A stretch of 64,000 bases of DNA from Nitrosopumilaceae archaeon (lineage in GTDB: Archaea > Thermoproteota > Nitrososphaeria > Nitrososphaerales > Nitrosopumilaceae), in the NCBI GenBank assembly GCA_965214835.1, contig CBDCCK010000002.1:1632001-1696000 (forward strand). The letters run 5' to 3'. Shown here piece by piece: positions 60,303 to 64,000 of this stretch. The translations under genes and the position numbers were made by a program. Numbering within the stretch: position 1 is the stretch's first letter; each line of letters starts with the position of its first letter. Under the pieces are notes generated by a model. That model made no database searches, was not told the DNA's origin, and was given only the letters and a program-made list of their open reading frames with translations.

Positions 60303-60380
60303 ATTCTGCCAAAAAATTGACCAAAAATGCAAAAACTACTGACTCTTGCTGACTTTCTCAAACTTTGAGACCCCATACCG

Positions 60381-61769
60381 TTGAAGGCAGCAGTACCCGT
60401 CATTGCAGTGGTCTTTGGAGTCTTGCTGGCAGGCGGCATTGCGCCCGGTGCCTATTCGCTGTTCAATTACGAGTATGTCTCGGATTTTGGAAGGTTTGGA
60501 ATCCACACCGAGGACAGGTTCTCCCACCCCCAGTCGATAGCGCAGGACGGGGAGGGAAACCTGTACGTCAGTGACCTGGGCAACAAGAGAATTCAAAAGT
60601 TCGATTCCGAGGGCACCTACCTGGATCAGTGGGGCAGGAGCGGCAAGGGCAACAGCGAGTTCCACGAGCCTGCCGGAATCGCAGTACATAAGGGCCTGGT
60701 CTTTGTCGTAGACCGGGATCTGCACAGGATGCAGGTCTTCGATCTTGACGGAAGGTACGTCTCGCAGTGGGGCGAGCGCGGAGGCGGCGACGGGCAGTTC
60801 TCGTATCCCACCGACGTCGCAATCGGGCCAAACGGCACTGTACATGTCGCAGACTTTGGCAACCAGAGAATCCAGTCCTTCTCACCGTCAGGCGACCATA
60901 TAATCTCAATGGGCGCCGCCGGCCCCGACAGCGGGGAGTTTCTGCACCTGGTAGATGTCGCGACCGACTCTGAGGGAAACGTGTATGCGGCCGACAAGGG
61001 AAACGGAAAGATTGAAAAGTTTGACTCCGGGGGGAACCACACTGCCACGATAAGGTTTGATGCAAGCAACTGGAGGTTTGCCCCCTATTCGATAGCCGTG
61101 GCACCTGACGATTCGCTATTCATTTTAAACTCTGCTGATAACCGAATCCTGCACCTGGAACAGGATGCGCACAGTATCCTTATGGTACATGAAAGGCTGG
61201 GCCCGTTCCAGAACTTTCTTGCCTCCGGCTCTGACATTGCCCTGAGCAGTGCGGGCCACCTGCTCACCGTGGATTCGCTGGGACACAAGGTATTCAAGCA
61301 CAACACCCCGTTTGTCGTGGCAGCCGAGCCCTCTGCTGAGGGGGAATCCCGGCAGGCCGCTGAGGATGCGGGGGAGGCCGCGCAAGGGGAGGAGGACCCG
61401 GGCGCAGCATATGACGCGTGCGGCCTGGATGTTGCAAGCTACAACGTGATTACAGGAACCGAGTCAGATGATGTCATAGAGGGAACAGACGGGGACGACC
61501 TGATCTTTGCCCTGGGCGGCGATGACATTGTATCGGGATACGGCGGAGACGACTGTATCTTTGGAGGCGACGGCGACGACATAATATTTGGAAACGAGGG
61601 CTCTGATGGGATATTTGGCGACCGGGGGGATGACATCCTGAGGGGCTCCTCCGGCGATGACGTAATCTATGGAAACTATGGGCTGGATTCCATCGACGGC
61701 GGAGGCGGGGTTGACGCCTGCATGTCTGCTGACACGTCCGATCAGGACATGATCTCAAACTGCGAATAA
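60381..61769 (+). CDS. Secreted NHL-repeat protein with C-terminal RTX Ca-binding repeats
   Basis: Repeated F..P..IA..G..YV.D..N.RIQ.F; GGDGDD nonapeptides. Confidence 0.9.
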   Translation: MKAAVPVIAVVFGVLLAGGIAPGAYSLFNYEYVSDFGRFGIHTEDRFSHPQSIAQDGEGNLYVSDLGNKRIQKFDSEGTYLDQWGRSGKGNSEFHEPAGIAVHKGLVFVVDRDLHRMQVFDLDGRYVSQWGERGGGDGQFSYPTDVAIGPNGTVHVADFGNQRIQSFSPSGDHIISMGAAGPDSGEFLHLVDVATDSEGNVYAADKGNGKIEKFDSGGNHTATIRFDASNWRFAPYSIAVAPDDSLFILNSADNRILHLEQDAHSILMVHERLGPFQNFLASGSDIALSSAGHLLTVDSLGHKVFKHNTPFVVAAEPSAEGESRQAAEDAGEAAQGEEDPGAAYDACGLDVASYNVITGTESDDVIEGTDGDDLIFALGGDDIVSGYGGDDCIFGGDGDDIIFGNEGSDGIFGDRGDDILRGSSGDDVIYGNYGLDSIDGGGGVDACMSADTSDQDMISNCE

Positions 61770-61857
61770 CACCCAACTATATAGTGGACTGTACGATACC
61801 GTTTCCTCGTAATCTATTATTGAAATATGTATATCTGGATCATTCTGACTCTCTTCA

Positions 61858-63105
61858 ATGACTTTTCGCAAACTGACAGCCGTGTTTGCCATATCTGTGC
61901 TACTGGCCGTTCTGCCTCCGCTAAGCGCCGGTGCGCTGGAGGCTCCAGAGCTGCCGAACCCCTCACAGGAGTTCAGCATCGTCGGGGCAGGCGCCTCGTT
62001 TCCGTATCCTCTGATTGACCTGTGGAGGGTGGAATACAACAAGGAGTTTAGCAACGTGGATCTGAACTACCAGTCAATAGGCAGCGGGGGCGGAATCACG
62101 CAGCACATTGAAAAAACCGTGAATTTTGCCGCCTCTGACAAGCCGCTGGGCAGCGAGGCAAGACTGGCCCCTGGAACACTGCACATTCCCGAGGCCATAG
62201 GCGGCGTCGTTATAGCATACAACCTACCGGAGTTCCAGCAAAGCGGGCTGAAGCTTACCGGCGATGTCCTTGCAGACATCTTTCTAGCCAAGATTACAAA
62301 GTGGAATGATCCCCGCATTGCCGAGACCAATCCCGGCGTAAATCTGCCTGATGAGGACATAGTTACCGTCCAGCGCTCGGACGGCTCGGGGACTACGTTT
62401 GTCTTTACAGATTATTTGACAAGCGTCAGTCCCGAGTTTGACGAGGCCGTGGGAAAGGGCAAAAGCGTCCCCTGGCCTAGCGGTCTGGGCGGCAAGGGCA
62501 ACGAGGGAGTCGCATCCCACGTACGCGATACGCCATATGCGATTGGATATGTCGAGCTGGCCTATGCGTTTCAAACCGGCCTGAACTATGCCTTTGTTGA
62601 GAATGCCGACGGCACCGCATTCATCGAGCCGTCCCTTGATTCAATCTCTGCGGCATCTGCCGGCGTCTCCACGAACCTGCCTGATGCAGACGGCGACTGG
62701 AGCGGGGTTACCCTAGTCAGCGCGCCGGGTTCTGACTCGTATCCCATTGCCAGCTTTACGTACCTGCTGATCTATGACGACCTTGCGCAGGTTGTTGATT
62801 CCAAGGAAAAGGCAAAGGCCATAATCCACCTGATCAACTGGATGATCACCGACGGGCAGGAATTTTCACCAGATCTGCTGTATGTTCCCCTGTCTGATCC
62901 TGTTGTCAAAGTCGGACAGGCCGGACTGTCGATGGTCACCTATGACGGGGAGATTTTATGGGAGCGAGGCACTTCAGAGCCTGAGTACCAGATCCCGTCC
63001 TGGATTAGGGACTCTGCAAATGCATGGGGTCAGGGACTGATCTCAGACGAGGCGTATATCATGGCACTCCAGTGGCTGGTAGATAACGGCATACTCAAAA
63101 TCTAA
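61858..63105 (+). CDS. pstS: Phosphate ABC transporter substrate-binding protein
   Basis: GAGASFP, GSGGG, RSDGSGTT, GNEGV, YPIASFTY. Confidence 0.95.
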   Translation: MTFRKLTAVFAISVLLAVLPPLSAGALEAPELPNPSQEFSIVGAGASFPYPLIDLWRVEYNKEFSNVDLNYQSIGSGGGITQHIEKTVNFAASDKPLGSEARLAPGTLHIPEAIGGVVIAYNLPEFQQSGLKLTGDVLADIFLAKITKWNDPRIAETNPGVNLPDEDIVTVQRSDGSGTTFVFTDYLTSVSPEFDEAVGKGKSVPWPSGLGGKGNEGVASHVRDTPYAIGYVELAYAFQTGLNYAFVENADGTAFIEPSLDSISAASAGVSTNLPDADGDWSGVTLVSAPGSDSYPIASFTYLLIYDDLAQVVDSKEKAKAIIHLINWMITDGQEFSPDLLYVPLSDPVVKVGQAGLSMVTYDGEILWERGTSEPEYQIPSWIRDSANAWGQGLISDEAYIMALQWLVDNGILKI

Positions 63106-63317
63106 GCCCCATTTTTTTTCATTTTGTGTTTGGAGTAATACCTGAAGAAGACGCCGCATGGGAAGCAGAAAAGATTGCGGCTCACAGGTACACGGCTTGC
63201 TATAGTATGACACCCGTCTGAGTATGAGTTCACCCCTCAGACTACACTGCTAGTCGGAGCCTTCATGATCACGCCTGCCACGCCGTATCTCGAGGGAGGG
63301 GTAGACTCGCGCAGGAA

Positions 63318-63547
63318 CAGCTAAGTGAAATGTGCCAAAAAATGTATCAGGTCGGGCTCTGGAAGCTGCTCATGATTTTAGGCACGAATCTACACGGGAG
63401 GTCTCCCCAAGATAGCAAAATTCACGCCTGGACTTCCAGAGCCCGACCTGCTACCAAAAAATCGAGCAAAAACCGAAACTGGGTAGGAGGTACGACGCCT
63501 CAACAACAAGACAAAAACAGTAATCCAGTTTACATTTCACTTAGCTG
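63318..63547. mobile_element. MITE E carrying nested MITE F
   Basis: CAGCTAAGTGAAATG...CATTTCACTTAGCTG. Confidence 0.85.
63344..63454. mobile_element. MITE family F, 111 bp, IS66-like GTA ends, TSD CAAAAAAT
   Basis: GTATCAGGTCGGGCTCTGGAAG / CTTCCAGAGCCCGACCTGCTAC; TSD at 63336 and 63455. Confidence 0.9.
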
Positions 63548-63654
63548 TACAATGCCATCCTTCTATATAGACTCCATACCGCTCTGAATCTATATTTTAT
63601 GATTGTAAAGTGTATGGCAAGCCGTTATAGAGCAATCCCCCCGTCTTCCATCTG

Positions 63655-64000
63655 ATGACTAACAACAACGCAATAACCACACTATCTGGCATTGTCGCCC
63701 TGGTAGTTGCCACATCGCTCACATCTGCCGCATTTGCATCTGAGGATCCAAGATACAAGTATGCAGACGGGCTAAGGCCGATCGTTACATTCGAGTTCAA
63801 GGACGGAATGGAGACCCTTGAGTTCCCAGTTTATATCATGGAGGATGATTTTGTTGCCAACGCCGGCTCTCCGGGCTTTACGCTTCAGGGTACAGTTGAC
63901 ACTGCCCCCCACCTGCACGAGGCCCTAGATGAGGCCTTCAAGCACAGGCAGAGCCTCCAGATCCAGTGGGACTACAAGTACTTTGACGTTCAGATCGACT
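63655..64000 (+). CDS. Secreted hypothetical protein, partial
   Basis: MTNNNAITTLSGIVALVVATSLTSAAFA signal peptide; frame open to the window end. Confidence 0.7.
   Translation, partial: MTNNNAITTLSGIVALVVATSLTSAAFASEDPRYKYADGLRPIVTFEFKDGMETLEFPVYIMEDDFVANAGSPGFTLQGTVDTAPHLHEALDEAFKHRQSLQIQWDYKYFDVQID

Overview
Archaeal window, most likely Nitrososphaerota/Nitrosopumilaceae. Serpin, NHL/RTX proteins and very high IS load suggest a host-associated (possibly sponge) lineage; that is inference. Conserved blocks include endA-uL16-tRNA-Gly, NAD kinase-NOB1-XPF-prefoldin-Pcc1-eL43-exosome-SBDS-rpoD, eL18-uL13-uS9, two aconitase-family dehydratase pairs, cofE, an ABC-2 exporter and pstS. They are interleaved with nested IS3, IS5/ISL2-like, IS66, IS110, IS630, IS481-like and ISH3-like elements, most of them broken, and about 25 MITE copies from at least 7 families, many with readable target-site duplications (TSDs). 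AT-rich cargo islands carry toxin/defence-like genes (DUF4411, DUF3800, GNAT, SDH_sah peptidase, HEPN cassette). Highlights: (1) an IS110 with a conserved ~200-nt non-coding leader (candidate bridge RNA) apparently inserted into an IS66 terminal inverted repeat (TIR); (2) IS630-type elements whose ends read TAGTA..TACTA flanked by CG rather than TA; (3) a 4.9-kb segment bounded by two 93-bp MITEs with an outer 8-bp duplication; (4) two isolated repeat-spacer-repeat insertions (38/35/38 and 31/50/31 bp) inside coding DNA. No CRISPR array or cas gene is visible. All calls come from reading the sequence by eye; no searches were run.
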